Assembly (NCBI RefSeq): GCF_009834535.1
Contig: NC_045697.1
Coordinates: forward strand, 81,408,001 to 81,472,000
Direction of reading: 5' to 3'
DNA: 64,000 nt
From: Camelus ferus
Lineage: Eukaryota
The stretch's first letter is position 1. Each line of letters starts with the position of its first letter. A model generated the notes under the pieces. It had not been told where the DNA came from. It saw nothing but the letters and a program-made list of their open reading frames with translations, and searched no databases. The translations under genes were made by a program, and so were the position numbers. Below are positions 53,544-64,000 of the stretch, piece after piece.

Positions 53544-55579
53544 GGAATACTACTCAGTCATAAAAAATGAATTAAATAATGCCATTTGCAACACCATGGA
53601 TGGACCTAAAGATTATCATATTAAGTGAAGTAAGCCAGAACAAGAAAAGCAAATACCATATGATATCATGTATATGTGGAATCTAAAATATGATACAAAT
53701 AACTTATTTACAAAACAGAAAGATATTCACAGACATAGAAAACAAACTTACAGTTAACAAGGGGGAGAAAGAGTGGGAGAGGGATAAATTAGGAGTTCAG
53801 GATTAGAAGGTACAAACTATTATATATATTATAGGTAAACAACAAGGTCCTACTGTATAGCACAGGGAACTATGTTCAATATCCTTTAATAAACCTTAAT
53901 GGAAAAGAATATGAAAAATAATATATTTTTATATATATATGTATAACTGAATTACTTTGCTGTACATCAGAAAGTAAAACAACATTGTAAATCAATTATA
54001 CTTCAATAACAAATAAATAAATAAATAAATAAATAAATAAAGTTACCATGTATATCTAAGTCACCATATAATTTTCAATAGCTAGTGTACTTTGTTATTT
54101 TTGATGAACAGCATGGAATTGTTGGACCTGCCTTGCCTGTTGGAAAATCCCTGGGATAAGGGGAGTGTATGTTTGTGCAAGTCAATTATCTGAGGATAAA
54201 CTTTTTTGAATACTTTTTACTCATACCATGGATAGCAAAGTTAACGTCTTGCTTTGATGAGATATTTGTTTTTGCAGATCTATACTAGGCATCATTGAAA
54301 TCATACTTTTTCTTATACCACACTTAAGGTGGTAGAATAGTTTCTCTTAACTCTCGAAAATACATAAGTAGCTATTTAAAACATTTTTAAGAATTTAAGA
54401 ATAGCAAGTATGAATTTTAAATATTATTCTTTTGTCTTTAACACATATATACTCCCATTACTTCATTCTTAAAAGCAATTAAACCTTGATTTCAGGGCAA
54501 TAGATTTGCATGGGTAATGGAAAATTCATCCCTAAATCATCTCATTTTAATAAAGTTGTCAAATTCAGCTCTCATAGGTCAGAATGTTGCCTCAGTTAAA
54601 AAAAAAATCTGGTGAGAGATCTGTATATTCATGTCATGCATTTCATAAGTCATAAAGTTCTTCATTAAAAAGTTTTGCCCATTATATCAAGAATTTTAGG
54701 AAACAACTGGAAATATTTAAATCTGTTCAGAGTTTTATTATCTTTTTTCAAATCAAGTGTTAGAGGGTAAAATTAGTTCCAGACTTGGCTTGATTCCATA
54801 GAATTAATTCTTCCCAGCGGATATTTTATTACATATAATGCATCTGAAAGTGTGAATTAAAATATTGTATGGTACTAAGACAACCGGGTATACTTTGTCA
54901 TCAGTATTATAATCGCCATCTTTGCATTAAAAGGGTATTTCTTCTTCCTCTTGGAATAAACACAAATTCCTCTGGAAACTTGCCCTCCCAGAAATTGGTT
55001 ATGGTGATAATCAACTTTAGAGTAGACATATATAGTTAACTTCTTCTGTTTGCACACCTCCAGTTTACATCTAAATGTTTTCTTAAAGTGACTAGTGCAT
55101 TTTTGACAGAAGCATTTAAAACTAGCATTTGGACAACGTGGGAACCAGGGCAGGCCTGTGTGTGGGGCTAAAGTGGTACAGGTGGGGTCAAGGTAAACGC
55201 GCTCTGAGTCTTCCAACCAACAAGCGAGCAGCATTAGTCTTTGTGCCAGATCCTTTGTATGACTAACATCTCTTAATTATATTAAAAAAAAAACTAACAA
55301 GATAGGGTCCATTATTTTCTAAATTTTAAAGATTGAGTTTTTGATTATGTAATTTCCCTAGGATTATACAGTGATGTAGGGTTATAATTGTAACCCAAGG
55401 GTATCTGATTCCAATGTTCAAATTCTTAATTGGAGTGGCTGATACTGCATCAGTCTGTAATACATATGCAACTTAAAGTTACAGGGGAAGGTGACGTCTT
55501 ACCTTCTGCCTGCCTGGGCTTACGTGTGAGAGAAATATAAAAAGATGATTTTAGATAAAATATGTAAATTCCAGTTATC

Positions 55580-56020
55580 TCGACACATAACATACTCCCA
55601 AATCTCTCATGATTCTGGGAATGACTGGGCTTAGGTGGGCAATTCTCAGTGGGGCTGCCATGGAGTTTCAGTCAATTGGTAGCTGGGTGTGAGTCATTCT
55701 GAAGGTTTTCTTATCCTCATGTCTCACCTGGGACTTGAGGAGGGGCTGTCAGCCAGAACGCCTCCACATGTCCTTGGTGTGTGTCCTGGACTTTCTCATG
55801 CCATGTCAGATGGGTTCTAAGAACAAGAATATAGGAAACGATGCCAGGTGGAAGCTTCTACAACTTAGCCTCAGAAGTCATAGTGTCAGTACTGCAGTAT
55901 TGTTTGTCTGAATGTGAGTCACCAAGGCCAGCGATATTCAAAGAGAGAGAATTAGACTCCAGCTCTGCCTGGGGGAGGGGGTATCCAAGAATTTGCAGTT
56001 ATATTTAAAACTACTTCAGT
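55580..56020 (-). mobile_element. MaLR (MLT1-family) LTR
   Basis: 'ctcatgattctggg..tgactgggct', 'cttagcctcagaagtcatag', 'gtcaccaaggccagc.atattcaaagagag'. Confidence 0.75.
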
Positions 56021-56259
56021 ATACATGTTTTCCAATCTAATTATTATTATTATTTTTAGTGCCAGCTAGTGGACTCATTTCCTAATTCCTTGCCAGTTGT
56101 TAGGGCATCATTGTTTACAGCTACCCGAATATAGGAACCAGGCTGGTTAGTAACATTTGACATACCCTATGGAGTTTTCTGGGGTAACAACTGTTAAACT
56201 ACATATTAAAAACTCATAACCATTTCAACTAGACTAGTAATGTGTTGGAATAATAAGAA

Positions 56260-56440
56260 TACTTGCATAGCAACCAGGGACCCGGGTTCCTGGCTTTATT
56301 ATCACTTACTACTTAAAGTGTGGTTGGTCATGGTCAATTCTCTAAAGTTCTTGAGCCTCAGTTTCCCAATGTGCAAAAGGGAATATACGTATTTGTTTGG
56401 GTCTCAAATGAGATAATGAGAACAAAAATGCTACGATATA
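56260..56440 (+). mobile_element. MIR SINE
   Basis: 'ttgagcctcagtttcccaatgtgcaaaagggaat', 'caaatgagataatg'. Confidence 0.7.
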
Positions 56441-57314
56441 AACTTTCTTTAATGTATAATGAGGATTTCAAAAAGGGGGTAAATTGCCACTCATTAAGTC
56501 AAATAAATGTGCTATCTTTAATATGCTGACTTTGAAAGCAGTGAGAAGAATTTAAATAGGAACAACTTAATATGGTATAGACCTTAGAGACAATCTACCA
56601 AACTCGTATTTTACATGTAAAGAAAATGAGACCACAACAGGTAAGATATTTGCACAAGGTCACGGATCCCTGGCAGGTGTGGCACTGAATTTAGAAGTCC
56701 TTGACCAGAGCCTGCACCACAAGATTCTAGTTTAGAATCCTGTAATAATGTAATACATGCAAAAAACAATATCATTTGTGCAAGGTTATAATAAACATAT
56801 TTACATTTTTTGCTTTTTTTATGCACTGGCTTTACATAAAATTTGCTCTTTGCTCATAACTGTTTTATGTAATCTTTTCGTCAATTTAGCCATTTGAAGT
56901 CTGAATTTTTACCATTTGTGTGTTTCAAAGTTCTTATAGTCCAAAACCAATGTTTTAGTACTAATCATGTTTAAATGTCTCCTCTTTGATTAGGAGATGT
57001 AGAAAAGAAATGGGCTCTGATTTTTGTCATTTTCTGATGGAGCAAGTGAAAATCTAGTCAGGAAATGCATAATGAACTGATAATGTGCAGAAACAAAACT
57101 AGAAACCCTTAGCAATCTGCTAAGACATTATATTCTTCTAAGTCCCCTCCCCTTATAGAATATATCCTGTGCTTTTATTTATGGCAGTAAAGTATATTCA
57201 AGAAGAAATAAGACAGTGTTTTGAAGTGTATACAATGTATTTTATAGTGTATTTGATGAGCACATTTTAAATTTTTAGTAAAAACTGTCTTAGAATAACA
57301 CTGTCACTTTCTAT

Positions 57315-57760
57315 CTTTCTATTCATTTTTAGGATATCTGTTATGTGCTTTGGACCATGCAAGGTGCTAAAGACAAAATGCTGATGAGCTAGAGATGGCT
57401 CCTAGCTTTCAGAGTGAGTAGCTGTGTAAGAAAGACTGATTAATGGTTAACCATGGGGGAGCATGTTCAGAAACCAGCCAGTGGAGGTACAAGCTCTGAG
57501 GAAGTACATTAGAGGTTTGCTGATCAAGACATGGGTGGGTACTAAGGAGGTTTCCATTTTGATAGTGACATTTCACCTAAGATAAGTTTTGAAGAAGAGT
57601 CTTTCCAGACAGTGTCAGATTCAGGGAACAAAAACACATTCAATATGGGTAAAATGGCAGGAAAAAAAATTGCTATGTACACTGAAGGCAGATGATATGT
57701 GAATTATAAGCCACATTCATGAATTTTGAGTCTATCTCCAGAACCGCGGGAAGTCTCAGA
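57315..57760 (-). mobile_element. L2 3' region
   Basis: 'ggaccatgcaaggtgctaaagacaaaatg', 'gatggctcctagctttcagag'. Confidence 0.6.
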
Positions 57761-58279
57761 AGGGACTGAAGTGTTCTTTCTCTTCCAGGATTTTGGGTAA
57801 GTTTCCTTGCATCCTCTTTTTTTTTTTTTTTTTTTTTTTTGTGACACATTCTCCACTCCCTGAGCCTAGAGTACAGTCTGTCTTTCTCTGTGCTAACACG
57901 AGTACAAGACTAGCCATTGCAAAAGACTGAAACACGTCAGGAAAGCCTGGAGAGATTCTAAGTTGTGTTTGTTATTATAAAAGAATCATGGAAAATGAGA
58001 GCTTATTATTTTTTATTGGTTTTAATTTCTCCTCTCCAGCTATAGTTTCATCTACTATCACCCCAAAGAAGTAAAGAGGGATCTAATTTAGTAAGTGTTT
58101 TAGGTTTTGAAATCTTACAGTTACCTTTGTTCCAATATAAGATTTGGCATGTTTTTTAGAGTAATTTTTCCCTAATATTAGGTTGGTTATACAACTTCAA
58201 ATGTCAACTGGAATTAGGTAAGTAAACCAAATGAGTAAACTTGGTCATGTTTAAGAAATGAATAAGCAGTTTACATAAT

Positions 58280-58490
58280 TAACTATAAAATATCTTGGGG
58301 AGAATAATTGGATATTTTGACCATAGCCTGAGTATTAGATGATATTCATACGTTACTGCTAATTTTAGGTGTAATAATGTTACTGTAGCTATCTGGAAAA
58401 AAAGTTACCTTAGTTTTTTTAAAGATGCATACTGAAGCATTTAGAGATTAATATCATGATATGTGCATTTTACATCAAAACATTTTGCCA
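58280..58490 (+). mobile_element. Old L1M (L1MC/ME) 3' end
   Basis: 'gagtattagatgatatt...tttaggtgtaataatgttactgtagctat', 'gatgcatactgaagcatttagag'. Confidence 0.7.
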
Positions 58491-58609
58491 GCAAAGGTAA
58501 ATAAGCATAGAAAGGAGAGGAGTAAAGAATGTTAGGCACTGTGCTTAACTGAAGAGAAGTCTTATAAATTAGGAAGTCATTACTCAGCTTTCTTCACACA
58601 AAGAAATAT

Positions 58610-58760
58610 AGGCCCAGTGTTGGCCAGATGTTCAATTTTTCAAGAGAAGCTATAAATCTAGATTTTTATATGAAACCACCTGCAGTTTAAATGTTATCAC
58701 TTAATCAATCAATCTTTAAACAGTCTTTATTCCAAACCAAACAGTCTTAGGACCTTTAAG
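58610..58760. mobile_element. MER103C-like hAT element
   Basis: 'cagtgttggccagatgttcaatttttcaagagaagctataaatctagatttttatatgaaa'. Confidence 0.65.
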
Positions 58761-59269
58761 AGATTTTTGGAATCTTCAGCCTAGGGTCACATACAAATGT
58801 GAGAGAAATGGGTTCTGGTAGTGAGAAAGTGAGGGGGCAGAAGCAATCATTCAGCGAGAAGTGCTGAATGCATCATTCTAAAAAAGGAAGCAGACTAGAA
58901 ATGTCCAAAAAGTACATGCTCAAGACGTGGTCATATAGAGAGAGATGTTTCAGAAAAATGTTACTTTCAAGCCCCCTTTTCTCAAGAATCCTTGTGGGTA
59001 GATGCAAATATCAACCTATATCTGTCCAGTTCTGGATTTTGTATGACTCCTAGGACCTTTGCCTAAATCTGAAAGTAGAAGTCCTCCAACAATTTCTTTG
59101 AGTTTTATGCTCCTCTAGTGGGATACAATGTAAAATGAATTAAAATTTATTAAGTGGCATAAAGTAAATATGACATTTATTACAAGCATTTTGTTGTGTA
59201 AAGTTCAAATTTGCTATAGATATTTTGCAATTATTGCTTTGGCAAAATGCCAATTTGTGAAAAGTATTA

Positions 59270-59720
59270 AGCCCAAGGGTAGTGAGATCAATATGCTGGC
59301 CATTGTAGTGGTCCAGCCTGGAGGGCAGATGGTCTGAACTCAGAATGTACAATGGGGATGTAGTTAAGTGGGTGTTGAAGAATATTAAAGAAGTTTGATT
59401 CACTAGGACTTAGTAATGAGAGGGGTAGGCAAATGCAATTTTCAAAGAGCATTATTAGGTTTCAAGTTAGTGAACTAGGTAACTTCACAGTGTCATCCAG
59501 GGACCTAGAGAAGGCTGGTGATTGGGTGTGGGGATTTTGGACATGCTGATATGAGATACATGGGACTTCCTGATCAAGATACACATGAGTTATTTAAATA
59601 TTGAAGCTTAATAGTGAAAACTGAACTAGTGATATAGATTTGGGATCATTAATTTAGTGATGATAGTTAAAGTAGACAAACTGTCATGAAAAACGTACAG
59701 AAAGAGTTCAGAGTGAATAC
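59270..59720 (-). mobile_element. L2 fragment
   Basis: 'ccattgtagtggtccagcctggagggcagatggtctgaact', 'tttggacatgctgat', 'gatatagatttgggatcat'. Confidence 0.7.
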
Positions 59721-59724
59721 TGTC

Positions 59725-60110
59725 ATTTTAGTCTTCCCAGTTGCCATTCCTTTATTGTTCTGGCTCAAGAGTGTGCACTTGACTCAAACTAGACCAATCA
59801 TAAGAAGTACTCCACTCTCTTGGTTACAGTTATTGGTAAAAGGAGTAGGCATGTGATCCAAATGAGGGTAATCAGAGGTAAAATTAGAACTGGAAAAAAA
59901 AAAGATTTTTTTCTGCTCCTGTGAGCTGTGAGTAGATAATTTCTGAAGCAGCTGTGTGTGGAGAAAACAAGACAGCAATGGAAGAGAATGCAGCAAATAG
60001 AAAGGCAGAAGAGAAGCAGTAAGTTAGTCCTGATGGAGTTCAAGAGTTTGGTTCCACTTTTTCTCAAAGCCAGTTTTAAATTTTCTTACTTGGCTTAAGT
60101 AAGTTCTATC
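59725..60110 (+). mobile_element. Old MaLR (MLT1) LTR
   Basis: 'gcacttgactcaaactagaccaatca', 'ggcatgtgatccaa'. Confidence 0.55.
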
Positions 60111-62449
60111 CCAAAGACAACATTTTAAAGAAACTAAAATATGCAGAGGACTAAAGGCATAGAATCATAGCTACTGGGGCACAGGGTGGGGTAGGGATTA
60201 GGAAGAGGTTTTTTCATATATGTTTATATATATATACGTTTAAAGACAGAAAAAATGAGTTATGTTTAAATACTTAGAGGAGAGATCCAATAGTAAAGAA
60301 GTAATTGTAGTGAATCAAACTAAAAATGTTAACACTTATTCCATATCTTTAATAAATAGGGCTATTTTTATCCGATTAATCCCATATGACAAAGAATATC
60401 CCCCCAAAAAAAACCCCAAAACAAAAAAATCTAAGTTTTCAAAATGAGGAATTTAAAAATTTGTAAGAAGAAATAACATATAATTTTTCATAGTAATCTT
60501 GGCATCAGTATTTTTTCCCTCGATTTTTAAATTCTTTACTTCATGTAAGCAAAGTAATATACTACTGAAATTACAAGTTGATTTTATTGCAATTAGTAGT
60601 ATGTTACATATTAAATTTAAATAAACCAATTTCCTCAGATTCACTTATTAAGAGTTTTTTTGGGGATTTACCTTTATCGTATCTTGATCTTTAGATTAAA
60701 AAAACAACACTGAAGTTTTATTTAGCAAGCTCTGCATGTTATCCTGACACCCTTAATAGATGTTAAATACACTACATATTTGGACATGTTAAGAATTGTG
60801 GTGATGTCACAGTATTATCCTAAGAGGGAAATGAGCCAGTCAAATAGCTTGGGTTAGGTTAAGTAGTTGGCATAATCATCAATTTCTATTCCCAGTAAGA
60901 TTATGGTAAAAACCAATAAATTTACATTCCCACAAGATGGATTTATATTAGGAAATACTACTTGGTATACTGACTATTTCCAGGCTAAAACTATAATAGA
61001 TAAAAAGTTTCTATTTGGAAGGATATTTCAGACAGCAGCAGATAATTATACTCTGGATTTTTTTTTTTTTTTGAATTCTTGTAAAGCAGGTGACCAGCAC
61101 AAAAATGGCTCTTAATACTTTTTTTAAACTCATTTGGCCACTTCAATTTCCTACCTGAAAATTATGTTTCTAGAATATTACTATGGGTGTCATCCCTTTA
61201 TTTGCTTAGTATGAGAAGCAATTATTTTGGATTTAAAATGTGTCATTACTAAAGAAAGTTATTCACATGGAATTTTATTAGTAAGCAGGGGTATGATAAA
61301 GCCTTATTTATTATTAATATTATTTTTATTTTTAATAAAATATTTACTATTTTAGTCATGAGTCTATGAAAAGAGAATAAAGGTGAATTGTATTTGTTGC
61401 AATACTTGTTTTCTATGCACTTTCAACTGAAAGACATCCATGTTATTAATTTAAATATGTCCCTTATATTTTTTAAGAGTAGGTAAGTAAATGCTCAAAC
61501 TTAATTTTTAAATGTGTTATAAACAACTTCCTATTATGTTGATGGGATATACTAGATACTGCTTTTTCAATTTAAAATAAATCGAAGTACTTCTAATGTA
61601 TATACTGGCCAATTTGCAATTATGATCTCCATGATGAGATTCTTCCAGGAAATGAGAGGGGCATTATAATTTAAATGGAGTTGTAGATCTGGTTGATTCT
61701 AATTTGTGACCTAGAGGTCAATAGTTACTGGGTGTAATAACCCTCCGGTAATGGGGAAATTCAAGGCACATTTGTATAATGAGAAATCATAACTAGTTAT
61801 GGTTCTGAATGATGATTTTTCTCTTTGCCATTCTGATCTACTGCAATTCTGCCTTCATTTTATAGACTTCATACCTCTAGCATTTAATATATGTCTTTAC
61901 TAAGCAAAGTTATAAAGCTAGTCTTTGATTTATAATAAAGTTTATAATATCCAGTATATTCAATGCAGTGCTAATTTTATATGCTTGCTATTTTTAAATG
62001 CATGTTCTTATTATCTTTCTTATAACTCTTGTATTAGTATTTGCCTAATACTTTTTTTCCCTCAGGATTGTCTTTTAGATAAACAGATTTTCCTAGTTTT
62101 ATTTTTTAATTTATTTTACTAAATTAAAATGCATATCTTCTAGACAGAAGAAAATTAGGAACAGGGCTGTCCTTGCAAAAAACTTTTTATTGTACATCAG
62201 GACAAAAATAAAATTTATTACAGGGTTAGAACTTAGCATTTCCAAGTTAAATGAGAATTACAGTGAAATAACATAAAATCTGATCTTTATTCAGCCTACC
62301 TGAGTCAGAATTTAACCTTGAATTTAGAATAATGCACATCAAAATATAGTCAAAACTTTAAAAAGTGAATGAAAAGATTTTACAGTATAGAGGATGCTTT
62401 ACTCATGAATAACAATAATAATAAGGATAATATAGGAGCAATTACACTA

Positions 62450-62660
62450 TTATGTAGTAGATAACTACTCTTTAGATGATTATCATGCAGTTCTTCAGTT
62501 AATTTTCCTAACTACCAGGTGAGAGAGATACTATCATTATACTCATATAAAAATGAGAAATTTGAGATTTAAAAAGATTAAGTAACTAGGTCAAAGTCAC
62601 ATTTGCTATTAATATGGATTTAAGTCTTTGTGGCTTCAAATCCCATGCTCTATGAACCAC
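62450..62660 (-). mobile_element. MIR SINE
   Basis: 'aatgagaaatttgagattt..aagattaagtaact.ggtcaaagtcaca', 'cttcaaatcccatgctctatgaaccac'. Confidence 0.7.
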
Positions 62661-64000
62661 TTTTCTTTGAACTGTTTTTTTTTTTTTTTTTTTTTGACCA
62701 TCTGTTTCAGAACCTACTGAAACAGAATGTCTGACTGTGGCACATTATAGTCTGCATTTTAACATCTGCATAAGAATTCACTTTTCTTACATATGGTAGC
62801 CTGCAGAAGACAAGAAATACTAGTAAATAATTAATTATGAGTCTAATTTACTTCAAACAATGTACTAATGGACAGGATTGTAGACAGCCCAACAGTACAG
62901 TGGAGTCAACTGCCTAATTTAGTAGGAAATTGCCTATTTTCAACAGTACATAGACTGGTGAAGTCTTGACAGTACCTTTGTTGAACTTTGCCTCTTCTGG
63001 TTCAGAATGAGTTCTCCATAACCTTAAAATATGTATTTGGTCACTTGTACATTATCTGTCTCTTTGACAACAATCTGAGTGAAAGGAAATGTTGGAAAAA
63101 ACAACAAAATGTGGTGCAGAAGTCCACTCCATTTCCAGTTATGTGGAATGTTCCCTCTGAGTGCTTTAAAGAGCTTTGTAGGCACCACTCTTGCTTTTCA
63201 ATGAATACATCACAGAGAGTTTGCAGTCATAATTAGAATTTTGTTGATATCATCACCACTTTCCTGGGTTTTAAACAGCTATTCTAGGTGAAACAGATAT
63301 GCTTATTTAAGGTCTTTGATATTTAAATAAAAGAATTTTTGTTCACCACTTACTATTAAAAACAAACCCAGAAAACTGATCTACTAGGGGGACATTTTAA
63401 AAGAAATTAAAATCTGAGAATATCAAAGCATGAATTTAGATGCTGAGTGTTTGAAATATGGATGAAAGAAATATTTAATATGTGTGAGGATTTTAAATAG
63501 CTTCAAATTATTGAATTTTGCTTTATTGGAATCCTGAAAAAATATTCACATTATAAGGTAATCTTGGATAATTTGTGGTAGGTTCAATATAAGTGACTTT
63601 TCTAAAGGTGAAAATCACACTTTAAAAACACAACAAACACAAAACCAAAATATTGAGGTTAAAAAAATAATAATTTCAGGCATGTGAATCATACTTAAAT
63701 GAATAGGCTATTTCCTACCTACCCATCTGTAGTGGCAAGTGACTACCTCCCATTGACTGAAAAGGACTTCAGCCAAAGTAAATAATCCTTTCAAATAAGA
63801 CTGATTTGCTCAGCTTTTCAAGTCTTTCAAAGGAACCAGTACTAAAACAAACAAACGTATTTTGATACTTACAAGATTAAAGGGGTTCATTGTAGAAGTA
63901 TGTGAAGAAAATATAAGCAAAAATAAGAAAAATAAAAATTATCTATAGCCCACCAAATAGATATAATCATGCTTGCAGTATATTTATTTTCACCTTCCCC

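Larger units (their letters stand above)
51680..54041 (+). mobile_element. 5'-truncated lineage L1: ORF2 RT to C-terminus, 3' UTR and (AAAT)n tail; inactive
   Basis: YADD codons at 51926-51937; ORF 52141-52551 ([30 protein letters not shown]) is L1 ORF2p; Cys motif [14 protein letters not shown] from 53199; multiple stops and frameshifts. Confidence 0.97.

Noticed and set aside
54875..55234. 119-aa Cys/Lys-rich minus-strand ORF
   Set aside because: No recognisable family; this length is plausible by chance in 64 kb
1..64000. Identity of a host gene
   Set aside because: No exon translation was recognisable, so no host gene symbol is assigned

Overview
AT-rich, CpG-depleted mammalian nuclear DNA, most likely camelid (camel/llama/alpaca). 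That assignment rests on two tRNA-derived SINEs with the vic-1-type head (GGGTATAGCTCAA.TGGTAGAGCGCATG.TTAGCATGCAC.AGGTCCTGGGTTCAA.CCCCAGTACC), and I saw no Alu, Bov-A, PRE-1 or Can-SINE. I found no host protein-coding exon I can recognise, so this looks like a large intron or gene desert. Much of it is transposon debris: a 5'-truncated ~2.35 kb lineage L1 (51.7-54.0 kb), short L1 3' ends, old L1M/L2/MIR copies, a decayed ERV-L provirus with RT remnants and an LTR16-type LTR, ERV1/ERVL solo LTRs, MaLR LTRs and hAT MITEs (MER33, MER91A, MER103C). Only the ORFs at 10911 (ERV-L RT) and 52141 (L1 ORF2) match known proteins, and both are dead fragments. The unexplained features most worth checking are a sharply bounded 115-bp CpG-dense, hairpin-rich patch at ~9.3-9.45 kb, a ~50-bp direct repeat pair 1018 bp apart at 13.9/14.9 kb, and several + strand splice-site-bounded candidate exons. 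I cannot demonstrate a new biological system from the sequence alone. Repeat family names are from recalled consensus sequences, not an alignment, and boundaries of old repeats are approximate.
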